Program-made: the position numbers and the translations under genes
The notes under the pieces: model-generated
Told to the model about the DNA's origin: nothing
The model's database searches: none
The model's input: only the letters and a program-made list of their open reading frames with translations
Shown here: positions 10,429 to 19,831 of the stretch, piece after piece
Position numbering within the stretch: position 1 is the first letter of the stretch
Layout of the letters: each line of letters begins with the position of its first letter
From: Desulfurococcales archaeon
Lineage (GTDB): Archaea > Thermoproteota > Thermoprotei_A > Sulfolobales > Desulfurococcaceae
NCBI GenBank assembly: GCA_027022365.1
Contig: JALVYU010000031.1
Location: forward strand, 64,001 to 128,000
Length of the DNA stretch: 64,000 nt
Direction: 5' to 3'

Positions 10429-10491
10429 GGTGGATGAGGGGGACGGCAGTCTCACTGAAGACCGTGATGATTTGGCCCCCTCCCCGACACC
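10429..10491 (+). ncRNA. Candidate box C/D guide sRNA
   Basis: C-like box TGGATGA (10431-37), D' CTGA (10455-58), C' GTGATGA (10464-70), D-like CCGA (10484-87); terminal stem GGTG/CACC; GC-rich guides; intergenic. Confidence 0.65.
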
Positions 10492-10579
10492 GCTCTTCTG
10501 ATCGATAACGGTTCTGTTTAAATAGTAATACTAATAAGGGAGGAGGAGATCAACTTTTACATAGTCGATTAAAAGGTGT

Positions 10580-12154
10580 ATGGGAATGACAGAAGCAGTA
10601 GAGACGACGATGCGGTACAGGAACAAGTTCACATGGAAAGAAATAAGTGACCCCATCTACGGCTACGCCTACTTCAACAAGGAGATAGAGGAGGAGATAA
10701 TCAACAGCCTCCTCATACAGAGGCTACGCTATATCCTCCAGCTCCAAACAGCTCATCTAGTCTATCCAGGAGCAGTGCATACCAGGTTCCAGCACAGCAT
10801 AGGCACGATGCACCTGGCAGGCCTAATGGCCGAGGATACCATACTAAAGCTTAAGAGCTTCTACGACGACAACGTGTTCCAGGGCTACAAGCCGGAGACA
10901 CTGATACAGGCGGTTAGGCTGGCGGGCCTACTACACGATGCCGGGCACGCCGCGTTCGGCCACGCGTTCGAGGAATCCCTCCTGTGGACTAGGAACGATA
11001 TACCCGATCCCGTCGCCAACCATGAGAAGATAGGCTCTATGCTGGTCGAGATACTGTTGGAGGACAAGATAAGGAGCTACGAGGCACACTATGGGCTGGA
11101 CGGCCTATATGATGTGCTAAAAGCAATCCTGGGCCCCGAAACCCCTAAGGAGCCGATCCTACAGGTCATGAGGTGGCTCGTCAAGGACAGCCTCTATCCC
11201 AGCGACATACTGGACTTCCTCAGACGGGACAGCTACTACACTGGGACAAGCGAATACGGCTACATCAATCACGAGCGGCTCGTGAGGAACACATACCCCT
11301 ACTTCGAGGACGGGAAAGCACTACTGCTCCTAGACAGGAATAGCTGGGGGGAATTCAGGCGATACCTCTACGCAAAAGCCAGCATGTTCGAACACGTGTA
11401 CTATCACAGCGTAAACCGGGCGTTTGACCGACTCCTCAAAGAAATACTCGGGCTACTCGACGAGGAACTAGGCCTAGTAGATGCTGTGAAGAAGGTAGCG
11501 GAGCTAGACCCCTACCCATACCTCATGATAACAGATGTGAAACTATATAATGCAATGCTAGAGCACGCGGTCGCCAAGAAGGATAGGCTGGGGAGGCTAT
11601 GCCACAAACTCCTGGTTGAGCGTAAGCCCGAGTGGAAGCGTGTTGGGCGCGAATACATACTGACAAGCTACAAGGGACCACAAGTACTCAAGCCAATGCT
11701 CCGCCTAATCTTCGACCAGGAGGAGAGGAAGAGAATAGCGTCAATCCTCGAGGAAAGCCTCTACGAGAGACTATCACCGAAAGGCGTGTCGAGAAACGAT
11801 GTATGGGTGGATGTCCTAACCATAAGCCCCATACCCAAGAGCACACTCATACCTGGCAAGGAGACAAGGGGGCGGGGACTACTCACGCTCTTCATGGGTA
11901 AGAGGACGCGCCACGGAATAGTGAAGGATAGGGACATAAACCTTATCGAAGAAGGGATACCGTTAATGGTTATCTTCAGAGCCTACATCAGGAGAGGACT
12001 ACATAGGCCGGGATACGAAGGACTAGTCACCGAGATCCTCAAAGAAACAATCGAGGCAGAACTAGACATTAAGGACGAGTTCACGGAGACGGCGAGGAAA
12101 ATATACGAGACAATAAAGTCCGAGGAACTCGAAAAACAGAGAATAACAATGTAG
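10580..12154 (+). CDS. HD-domain phosphohydrolase (dNTP triphosphohydrolase, SAMHD1/YwfO-like), paralog 1
   Basis: DPIYG, QRLRYILQL, HTRFQHSIG, LLHDAGH, HE, DILDFLRRD, VYYH motifs. Confidence 0.88.
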   Translation: MGMTEAVETTMRYRNKFTWKEISDPIYGYAYFNKEIEEEIINSLLIQRLRYILQLQTAHLVYPGAVHTRFQHSIGTMHLAGLMAEDTILKLKSFYDDNVFQGYKPETLIQAVRLAGLLHDAGHAAFGHAFEESLLWTRNDIPDPVANHEKIGSMLVEILLEDKIRSYEAHYGLDGLYDVLKAILGPETPKEPILQVMRWLVKDSLYPSDILDFLRRDSYYTGTSEYGYINHERLVRNTYPYFEDGKALLLLDRNSWGEFRRYLYAKASMFEHVYYHSVNRAFDRLLKEILGLLDEELGLVDAVKKVAELDPYPYLMITDVKLYNAMLEHAVAKKDRLGRLCHKLLVERKPEWKRVGREYILTSYKGPQVLKPMLRLIFDQEERKRIASILEESLYERLSPKGVSRNDVWVDVLTISPIPKSTLIPGKETRGRGLLTLFMGKRTRHGIVKDRDINLIEEGIPLMVIFRAYIRRGLHRPGYEGLVTEILKETIEAELDIKDEFTETARKIYETIKSEELEKQRITM

Positions 12155-12330
12155 ACACCGCTTCTCCCCGCCACATACATAGTCCTCTTTCCTTACACAG
12201 GCATCCCCTATCATGGCACCGTACACGGTTCTAGATCAGTATTTATGTTTACCCGGTACATACATTAGCTACATGGGAGGAAAACTCTCTGTAAATACCC
12301 GGCAATCCACGGCCTAGGGGATGAAAAGTC

Positions 12331-12873
12331 TTGGAGAATGTTCCCTCGTGGTGGTACAAGCTCTTGCATCCTAGGCCCGTCTATATTATTGCCGCCGCAC
12401 ACGGGGATAAGCGATCCGTCATGGCGGCCTCATGGGTTATGCCTGTCTCCGAGGAGCCGCCGAGGCTGGCTCTAGCTATAGACACGGAGTCCTACACGTA
12501 TGGTTTGATCAGGGAGAGCAGGTATTTCAGCGTAAACATATTGTTTGCCGACGCGCTCGACATGATATGGCGGGCGGGAACAATATCAGGACATGATGTC
12601 GAGGATAAACCCAGCGCTGTAGGCCTCGATCTCATCATGAGTGATTATGCCCCAATAGTAAGAGGGGCTGCAGCCGCAATAGTATCGAGGGTCTGGAAGA
12701 CAATAAGTCTTGGTGACACGGACCTAGTCATAGGAGATGTTCTAAAAGCGGAGCTTTTCAGGGAAGACGTGTTCGATAAACGATATGGTTGGAGGCCCGG
12801 CAAAGCAACTATACCGATGCATTTAGCGGCGAAAGGATTCGTGCTACCCGGTAAACTAGTCATAGCGAAGTAG
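12331..12873 (+). CDS. Flavin reductase family (FMN-binding split barrel) protein
   Basis: LLHPRPVYII...MAASWVMPVSEEPP...FSVNI...GTISG...GD. Confidence 0.85.
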   Translation: MENVPSWWYKLLHPRPVYIIAAAHGDKRSVMAASWVMPVSEEPPRLALAIDTESYTYGLIRESRYFSVNILFADALDMIWRAGTISGHDVEDKPSAVGLDLIMSDYAPIVRGAAAAIVSRVWKTISLGDTDLVIGDVLKAELFREDVFDKRYGWRPGKATIPMHLAAKGFVLPGKLVIAK

Positions 12874-13123
12874 AGCCTCTGGCCGGGACTACGAGTTCGC
12901 CCCTAACAACAACCTTACCCATCAACGATAAAAGACCCAGAGCAGCATCAACCTCGGGGCTACGGGGATACTCGCCGAGCCATACCCATGAATGACGGGG
13001 CAACACCCCTTTTTTCTCCAGCTCATAGACCTTTCTATGGAGGCTCCAAATATTTGCCGGTGCGCAATCACTGATAAGCCTCAATATATATGCAAGCCAT
13101 TCGTCGTCAAAAACCTCCACCAC
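12860..13123 (-). CDS. Small hypothetical protein, YwgA/SocA-like winged-helix pattern
   Basis: LHRKVYELEKKG...W...YPRSPEVDAALGLLSLMGKV; RBS GGTG upstream; family assignment by eye only. Confidence 0.5.
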   Translation of the reverse strand: MVEVFDDEWLAYILRLISDCAPANIWSLHRKVYELEKKGVLPRHSWVWLGEYPRSPEVDAALGLLSLMGKVVVRGELVVPARGSTSL

Positions 13124-13244
13124 AGTTCACCACCCCACATATTTATTGAAAATAGGGATTTAAGCCGCACCCCCGATCCTGTGGAGGACCATTTATTATT
13201 AGTCTCGCCCATACATGAAATGGGCAGTGGAGTAGAGGGTGCGG

Positions 13245-13493
13245 ATGAAATTGAAGATCTTTGTAAGCCTAAAGCATAAGCCGGAAGAATATATTGTCAA
13301 GCTGAGGATATACGACGATCAGGGCAAACTAGTGAATTCCAGAGAGTATGAAGGCGTGAAACAGCTCGTCATAAGGGCCCGGGAGACAAGGATATCCAGA
13401 CAACTAGCCCCCGAACCATATACTTTGGTCATAGATGTTGAGGAGCCGAGGATAGAGCTGAAGGAAAACACCCTCCTATATATAGAGGGATGA
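13245..13493 (+). CDS. Hypothetical protein
   Basis: Coding-like composition, RBS GAGGGTG, first gene of a coupled operon. Confidence 0.7.
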   Translation: MKLKIFVSLKHKPEEYIVKLRIYDDQGKLVNSREYEGVKQLVIRARETRISRQLAPEPYTLVIDVEEPRIELKENTLLYIEG

Positions 13494-13933
13494 GCTTGCC
13501 AGAGATCATAAGCGGCCTCAGGATAGAGTCCTCGAAGAGCAGGACAGGCAAGCATGTCCTCAAAAGCACAGTCCTAATCTACAAGAAGGACAAGGGGTTA
13601 CTAAGCATCAATAAGCACCAGGAAGCAGTCGTTGGCGAGGAACAGGTGAAACCAACATATAGGAGGGGCTGGTCAAAGAAAATAGATGTAAAGCTAGATC
13701 ACGGCGACTACTTAATCCATATCTGGTTCGTCAAAAACCTATGGGGGAAGGTCAAGGGATACATATCAATATACAACCACAGAGGAGAACTCGTATACCG
13801 CGCAAAATACGTTGACGGCGACCTAAGGAGGAGTACAGGAGACCCCATATATGCATGGCTAGTAAGACTCGTCGCCCAACAGCTCAAAATCCCGGTTAAA
13901 AGGACAAGGCTAGGGGATGAGAAGAATGAGTGA
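13490..13933 (+). CDS. Hypothetical basic beta-rich protein
   Basis: ATGA coupling; Lys/Arg-rich; SKSRTGKH segment. Confidence 0.75.
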   Translation: MSLPEIISGLRIESSKSRTGKHVLKSTVLIYKKDKGLLSINKHQEAVVGEEQVKPTYRRGWSKKIDVKLDHGDYLIHIWFVKNLWGKVKGYISIYNHRGELVYRAKYVDGDLRRSTGDPIYAWLVRLVAQQLKIPVKRTRLGDEKNE

Positions 13934-14351
13934 GGAGGAAAAGATCACGGAGTACATAGAGAGAATGATCAAGGCCCTGAAGCACTTCGATTGTTACGTG
14001 TTCGAGAAAGAAGACCTTGAAATAGTGAGCAAGATAGCCGAGCTCGCCGGGATAAGGAGGATGGTCACTATCAGGAGAGCCGATCCGAGATACGAGTACA
14101 TATATGTCCTTGCTCCGCGGAACATAGACCTAGAGGACGAATGCAGGTTAAAGGCACGGCAATTGCTGGCTGAAGGCAAGATAGACAGGCTCCAGTACAA
14201 GAAGTACTTCGATTACTTCGTAGTACAGTGCATAAGACATAAAGAGAGGGAACGTGTAAAGGAAATAATATCAAGACTGGAGCATTACATACGTGGTGTA
14301 AAGGGTGGAGCACCGTCCAGAATTGAAAGAATTTCCTTCGGCTTTACGTAA
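13926..14351 (+). CDS. Hypothetical protein
   Basis: Overlaps neighbouring genes; charged helical protein. Confidence 0.7.
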   Translation: MSEEEKITEYIERMIKALKHFDCYVFEKEDLEIVSKIAELAGIRRMVTIRRADPRYEYIYVLAPRNIDLEDECRLKARQLLAEGKIDRLQYKKYFDYFVVQCIRHKERERVKEIISRLEHYIRGVKGGAPSRIERISFGFT

Positions 14352-15135
14352 GGTATTCATGCTCGGATACATCATCAGAATAATACCTCTCGTACAATTC
14401 ATTGGTGCCTTCCTGACAGGGATGTCATGGTATCTCCTAGGGAAGAAATGGGGAAAGAACAAGGCGTACATTGTAGCAGCGGTGGGCAGCTTCATAGTAT
14501 TCGCAGGCTTCATACTCTCTATAGTCCAGGGCTTGATATCGCCTAAAATAGTTGCTCCCTGGCAAGAGCTCTTAGCAAACACCACCAGTCCAAGTATGAA
14601 TGCAACGCTCAGTGGATCTGCCCTAGCCTCCTATCTCGAGAAAATAGCCGAGCAGGATGGCTCTCCCCTTAATTATCTCTCGCCACTACTTATAGCCGTG
14701 GGGTTATTCATAGAATCAATAGGGTTCAAGAGGCTCAGCATAGACACTGATCAGGCGATGCCGAGATATCTCTACATGCTGTTCATAGTGCTGGGGATTT
14801 TCAGTATACTCCAGCTACCCGCGATATGGTTTACCGTTGCCAGCTTGAAACATTACGCGGCTATATTTAGTACAAAGACTTCTATCACGTTGAAGGAAAT
14901 ATTCACAACGCTCATAACTATCTCGGCGCCTTTAACGATTGTCGGACTACTAGTATTTGTGATGGGGCTGATCATATACATTATAGCGGTCTATAAGTTC
15001 TATAAACTCGGCAAGATAATCGAGGAGGAGATAATCCTGGAAGAAGCACAGGAGGTTAAAGGAACAGGTACTGAGGGAGAAGAAAAGGAGCTAGATATAG
15101 AGTTCGAGGAGGAAAACGGGGAAGAAGAAATATAG
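14305..15135 (+). CDS. Hypothetical multi-pass membrane protein with acidic C-terminal tail
   Basis: Several TM helices; Glu-rich tail. Confidence 0.75.
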   Translation: MEHRPELKEFPSALRKVFMLGYIIRIIPLVQFIGAFLTGMSWYLLGKKWGKNKAYIVAAVGSFIVFAGFILSIVQGLISPKIVAPWQELLANTTSPSMNATLSGSALASYLEKIAEQDGSPLNYLSPLLIAVGLFIESIGFKRLSIDTDQAMPRYLYMLFIVLGIFSILQLPAIWFTVASLKHYAAIFSTKTSITLKEIFTTLITISAPLTIVGLLVFVMGLIIYIIAVYKFYKLGKIIEEEIILEEAQEVKGTGTEGEEKELDIEFEEENGEEEI

Positions 15136-15542
15136 CCTGTATTAAAACGGCAAGCATATGAGAACAAAACATGATATCTGCGTCCATTGACAACTACGGA
15201 TATATAACCGATGCCGGGATCACAGGTCTTGTTTAAGGGTACATAAATAACCATAGACTCCCCGGAGAGAAGGGTCTTATTCACATACACCCTATTCTCC
15301 TTATTCTCCCCGGTCTCGACAAACTCGATCAAGATTGTTCTATTCATAAGATTAGTTATGTTTAAGACAAGACCACGACCGTTATGATTTGCCGAGACAT
15401 ACACATCAGGAAATACTACGGGAGTAATTACACCGCCCGGCACAGGATGGATGATCCCCGGGAGGTTAACGGCTAGAAAGAAGAATAATGCCATTACAGA
15501 GAGGATAACATAAGGTTTAGCTAGTACATCCTTGCCGGCCAA
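15000..15542 (-). CDS. Hypothetical membrane-anchored extracellular protein
   Basis: N-terminal TM helix, beta-rich domain with sequons; last ~45 codons overlap the convergent gene. Confidence 0.65.
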   Translation of the reverse strand: MAGKDVLAKPYVILSVMALFFFLAVNLPGIIHPVPGGVITPVVFPDVYVSANHNGRGLVLNITNLMNRTILIEFVETGENKENRVYVNKTLLSGESMVIYVPLNKTCDPGIGYISVVVNGRRYHVLFSYACRFNTGYISSSPFSSSNSISSSFSSPSVPVPLTSCASSRIISSSIILPSL

Positions 15543-15570
15543 TCCATGACCCCATAACTATAGGGGAGGT

Positions 15571-16221
15571 TTAAAACATGTGGAATGCCCCAATATAGAG
15601 GATTATGCCCGCTGCAACTATCATTATGATCCAAATAAGGGGTTTCCACGCTATTATTTTGCTGCCATCTAGAGGCGGTATCGGGAGTAGATTGAATATC
15701 GCTACCCAGCCATTGATCTGGGTATTAACTACCAAGAACCACGCAAGCACGATTATCCAGTAGGATAGGCCATCCATATGGATAAGCCATGGTATTAGGA
15801 AATGATAAGCCAAAATACTGGCAACACCGAGAACAATATTGACTAGAGGACCCGCATAGCTCACTATACCGTTAACTCTCTTATTTATAACGGGGTCATA
15901 GTACGGGCTCGAGACAACAACGTAGCCTGGCATGAGAAATCTTATGGGTAGGTATGGTATGGCTGAAACAAGCGTTATCAATAGACCAACGGGTGACAAG
16001 ATATATCTTGCATAGCATCCCAGCCGTACAGCGCTATACTTATGTGCCAGCTCATGGGGGATACTAGCAAGGAAAGCGGCGATCCCAACTATAGCGAATA
16101 CCTCAATCTCACCTCGTATGAGATACGATGATCCAAATGCAAGCATAATGGCCGCCCCACCTATAAGGAGGCTTACTGGCTCGCTGATCTTGAATACATC
16201 CAATGCCCACACCTTTCCCAA
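15571..16221 (-). CDS. Site-2 protease (peptidase M50) family
   Basis: HELAH, AGPLVN and FNLLPIPPLDG motifs. Confidence 0.93.
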   Translation of the reverse strand: MGKVWALDVFKISEPVSLLIGGAAIMLAFGSSYLIRGEIEVFAIVGIAAFLASIPHELAHKYSAVRLGCYARYILSPVGLLITLVSAIPYLPIRFLMPGYVVVSSPYYDPVINKRVNGIVSYAGPLVNIVLGVASILAYHFLIPWLIHMDGLSYWIIVLAWFLVVNTQINGWVAIFNLLPIPPLDGSKIIAWKPLIWIIMIVAAGIILYIGAFHMF

Positions 16222-16293
16222 ACAATATTATATTCTCTATAAAGCATAGATTCAAGACAAGAATAGGGCTTCAAGCCCTAAATTAATTGTTGG

Positions 16294-16857
16294 GTGCAGG
16301 GATTGCTTGGCCCTGATGACCGGTGTATGATGATCGCGAGGTTCCAGCCACTACACTACGGTCACTTCAACGCGATCAAGTACTGCTACAAGCGCTTCGA
16401 AGAAGTAATAGTAGTCATAGGTATGGCGAGCCAGAGCCATACACCGGAAAACCCGTTCACTGCTGGCGAGAGATTATTGATGATCAGGGAGACGCTTAGA
16501 TGGGCTGGCCTACCACTGGACAAGCTTGTCACAGTAACACTGCCTACCATGGAGGTCAGCAAAGTAGCTGTCCACTACGTCAAATTATATTCTCCGCCAT
16601 TCACACACGTCATAACACTGAACCCGATTATCCAGAGAATATTCATGGAGGAAGGATATAACGTAATAACACCCGAGGTACTTCAAAGAGACAACTATAG
16701 GGGCTCCGTTGTTAGGAGGCTCATGGCCGAAGGAAACGATGATTGGAGAAAACTGGTTCCTCCACCTGTCGAGAAGATTATCGATGAGATAGACGGTGTA
16801 CGGAGAGTACAGATGCTGTACCGCGAGAAGATACCGGGATACTATGTGACGGCCTAA
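16294..16857 (+). CDS. nadM: Nicotinamide-nucleotide adenylyltransferase
   Basis: RFQPLHYGH, SHTPENPFTAGER, WRKLVP. Confidence 0.93.
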   Translation: MQGLLGPDDRCMMIARFQPLHYGHFNAIKYCYKRFEEVIVVIGMASQSHTPENPFTAGERLLMIRETLRWAGLPLDKLVTVTLPTMEVSKVAVHYVKLYSPPFTHVITLNPIIQRIFMEEGYNVITPEVLQRDNYRGSVVRRLMAEGNDDWRKLVPPPVEKIIDEIDGVRRVQMLYREKIPGYYVTA

Positions 16858-16880
16858 ACATTGATCCGGTAGGCGGTAGC

Positions 16881-17543
16881 GTGTTGAAGACGTTCCAGTG
16901 CACGCTGTGTGGTCTGTGCTGCAGGTCATCGCCCATATCGATCCTCCCACACGAAGACTATATTCTCCGTATTCTTGCCAGACATCTAGGCGTAAAGTAC
17001 AGGTCAAGGCCTGGATACAGGGTCTTCGATAAGAGGACAGGCAGAGATATAGCGTTGTCTTATGTGATGGAGCTCGTTGATGGGAGGTGCCCCTTCCTAC
17101 GGCAAGACGATCTCTGTATGATCCAGGACGTATATAAGCCGCTGATCTGTCGGAGCTTCCCCTACGTACCAAAACAAGTAAGGTATATCATCAGCAATGA
17201 GCTGAAACTAGTATTCACCAAGGTAGAATACGGCATCAGCAGTGCCTGCCCAGTTATCAGGCAGGACAAGGATATAATAATGGGGCTCATGGCCGCCACG
17301 CCGTTGTGGCATAGACTCTATTTTCCACGAGAATATGTAGCGGCTATGGAGATGGAGGAAAAGAGGACATTAATGCTTCGATTGCTATCGAAGCTATGGT
17401 CGTCAGGAATAGTTGAAATCGACTCCGATCATGGAGGAAAACATAACATTATCAATTTATATGAGCTCCTCAGAACATATTTCCCGAACCTACCATATAT
17501 TATGGGGCTGGGTGAAACCATAAATAAGATCAGGGGAAGGTGA
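16881..17543 (+). CDS. YkgJ-family cysteine-cluster (Fe-S/Zn) protein
   Basis: FQCTLCGLCC...CPFL...CMI...KPLICRSFP. Confidence 0.88.
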   Translation: MLKTFQCTLCGLCCRSSPISILPHEDYILRILARHLGVKYRSRPGYRVFDKRTGRDIALSYVMELVDGRCPFLRQDDLCMIQDVYKPLICRSFPYVPKQVRYIISNELKLVFTKVEYGISSACPVIRQDKDIIMGLMAATPLWHRLYFPREYVAAMEMEEKRTLMLRLLSKLWSSGIVEIDSDHGGKHNIINLYELLRTYFPNLPYIMGLGETINKIRGR

Positions 17544-17550
17544 GTATGGA

Positions 17551-18450
17551 GTGATCGATTTAAAGACTGCGGTCAAGATCCTAGCCCTATATAAGCTCAT
17601 CAAGAACAATGACTGGTTGATAAGGGATCTTGCATGGGAGATAGGAGTTAAGGAGAAAATACTTGTTGAGGCGGTGGAAGAGCTCTCTAAGAACTACTTG
17701 ATAACAATCGATGAATCCCACATTATCTGGAACCCTGCAGATATCCCCTCAATGCTTAAACCATGGGGATGGGAACTAGTACACGAGCCCATCCTAGGCT
17801 CCACGCAGGAGGCGGCCAGAGGCCTGGGTCCTTGGAGCATAGTGGTTGCTGAGTACATGCTGATGGGGAGAGGTAGGCACGGAAAAACATGGAAGACGGG
17901 GCTCGGGGGCCTATGGGTAACGTTTAAGATAAGCACGAACCCTGAGACCGCGGCACTTATGCCGATTATTGTCCCCGTTATTCTGACGAGGATCTTGAGG
18001 ACGAGCCTGGACATCAATGCTCGGATAAAGTGGCCCAACGACATAGTGGTAAACGGCAGGAAATTAGCTGGAATACTTATCGAGGCCGAAGCATTCAGGA
18101 ACAAAATGATCATCTACATCGGCATAGGCTTGAACGTCAATAACGAGCCACCGATCGAGAAAGCAGTATCCATCAAGCAGATAAGAGGGATGACCCCGAG
18201 GAACAAGATCCTATCCATGATGATAGGATGGATATCAAGAGCCAAGAAACTCGCAGAGGAGCCCGAGAAACTCAGGGAGCAGTACCTAGAGTACCTGGAT
18301 ACTCTCGATAAGATTGTGACTGCGAAGACGAGGGAAGGAATAGTTCAGGGCTTAGCTGTGGATGTCAATGATTTAGGGTATCTCGTGTTGGAGACCGAGA
18401 ATGGGAGAAAAATACTTGACCCAACAATCACCTACGAGGTACGATACTAG
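17551..18450 (+). CDS. birA: Biotin--protein ligase with N-terminal HTH-like region
   Basis: GSTQ, GRGRHGKTW, IKWPND, KLAGILIE, GIGLNV. Confidence 0.9.
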   Translation: MIDLKTAVKILALYKLIKNNDWLIRDLAWEIGVKEKILVEAVEELSKNYLITIDESHIIWNPADIPSMLKPWGWELVHEPILGSTQEAARGLGPWSIVVAEYMLMGRGRHGKTWKTGLGGLWVTFKISTNPETAALMPIIVPVILTRILRTSLDINARIKWPNDIVVNGRKLAGILIEAEAFRNKMIIYIGIGLNVNNEPPIEKAVSIKQIRGMTPRNKILSMMIGWISRAKKLAEEPEKLREQYLEYLDTLDKIVTAKTREGIVQGLAVDVNDLGYLVLETENGRKILDPTITYEVRY

Positions 18451-18454
18451 CTCT

Positions 18455-19831
18455 TCATCTTCCCGCAACATCTACGTTTCTTATAAGCACGGCTGGAGCA
18501 TGCACATCGCCCAGCGGAACCACTTTATCCCCTACACCTATTAGATCCCTCCCCAACCACTCATAGATATTGCCTCCTATGACGACGCCTTTTATGGGGC
18601 CCTTGACTTCGCCGTCTTCTACTAGTAAGCCGTGGGTTACGGTTGCCTGCGTACCCCCGTTCACGAAGTTGCTTGTCCAATAGCCTATGACGCCATACAC
18701 TATGATGCCCTTCTTTATCTCGCCTATCAGTTCCTCCCACTCCATCGTGTTCCTGCCCGCTACATACATGTTCGTGAAGCCGGGAGACGGTGGGCTAGAC
18801 ACAGACCTTCTGAATCCATTGCCTGTAGAGTACCTGTTTTCGCGTCTGGCAGTATAGTGGTCGTAGAGATATGTCTCCAGTACTCCACGGCTCACAACAT
18901 ATTTTCTCGAGGTAGGTATTCCTTCATCGTCAAAACTACACGAACCAACAGCCCAATTTATGGATGGATCATCAAGAATATCGATGTTCTCGCTCAGAAC
19001 CTGTTTATCGATCTTATCCTTCAAGGGGCTCCTACCACGCTGGACGTGAAGCGCTGAGAACGCCGGAGCGAGAACAGTCGCCAAGAACTTGGCTGTCACA
19101 TGCGGGTGGAGGAGTACCTCGTACTTGCCTGACTCGACGGGTTTCCCTCCCACGAAGCGTGTCGACAGCTTTGCAGCCTCGACTGTTTCTCTCAGAATCT
19201 CGTCCTCATCGAGCCGCCTAGAGCCATACTCCAGATAGAATGTTGATTCACTGCCGTCTCTCCTACTCTTTATCTCCAGCCATGCCGACATCATCGTGTT
19301 CTCTTCATAAAGATGTTCACCAAAGCTATTAACGACTAGTTTTCCACCATCAATTACCTCTAGTCCTCCCTGCGTCACTATTGTTTCGTCAGCACCAGCT
19401 CCTCTTCCCGCATCCCCCGCTGTATCGACCACGTTTTTCAAAAGACCAGCAATACCCTCGGGATCTAGCTCGGCTATTTTTTCATCATATGTGCTGGATA
19501 GCACTCCACGGGAATAGTTTGTGGCGAACCCTGGAAAGTCCCTGTCTTCAGGTGCGTTCCGCGCGATCTTGACAAGGGTCTCCGCCAACTTATCAATATC
19601 CGGCGATAGATCGCTCAAGCCTATGCTGGCCAATCGCTTACCAACAGCTACTCTGATCCCATACTTACCAGCGTCAGATACACTTATTCTCTTGATCCTA
19701 CCGTCGGATATCTCGGCAGCCCTTACCCTGGCCCATGAGCCAAAGAACTCTGCTTCGCTAGCTCCTTTTTCAAGTAGTTTATCAATGAAGCGCTTAGCCA
19801 GGTCTAGAAGAACATCTCTCACGGTGATCAC
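18455..19831 (-). CDS. tldE: TldE/PmbA family protein
   Basis: FDDEG, STGNG motifs, no HExxH; coupled to tldD. Confidence 0.88.
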   Translation of the reverse strand: MITVRDVLLDLAKRFIDKLLEKGASEAEFFGSWARVRAAEISDGRIKRISVSDAGKYGIRVAVGKRLASIGLSDLSPDIDKLAETLVKIARNAPEDRDFPGFATNYSRGVLSSTYDEKIAELDPEGIAGLLKNVVDTAGDAGRGAGADETIVTQGGLEVIDGGKLVVNSFGEHLYEENTMMSAWLEIKSRRDGSESTFYLEYGSRRLDEDEILRETVEAAKLSTRFVGGKPVESGKYEVLLHPHVTAKFLATVLAPAFSALHVQRGRSPLKDKIDKQVLSENIDILDDPSINWAVGSCSFDDEGIPTSRKYVVSRGVLETYLYDHYTARRENRYSTGNGFRRSVSSPPSPGFTNMYVAGRNTMEWEELIGEIKKGIIVYGVIGYWTSNFVNGGTQATVTHGLLVEDGEVKGPIKGVVIGGNIYEWLGRDLIGVGDKVVPLGDVHAPAVLIRNVDVAGR

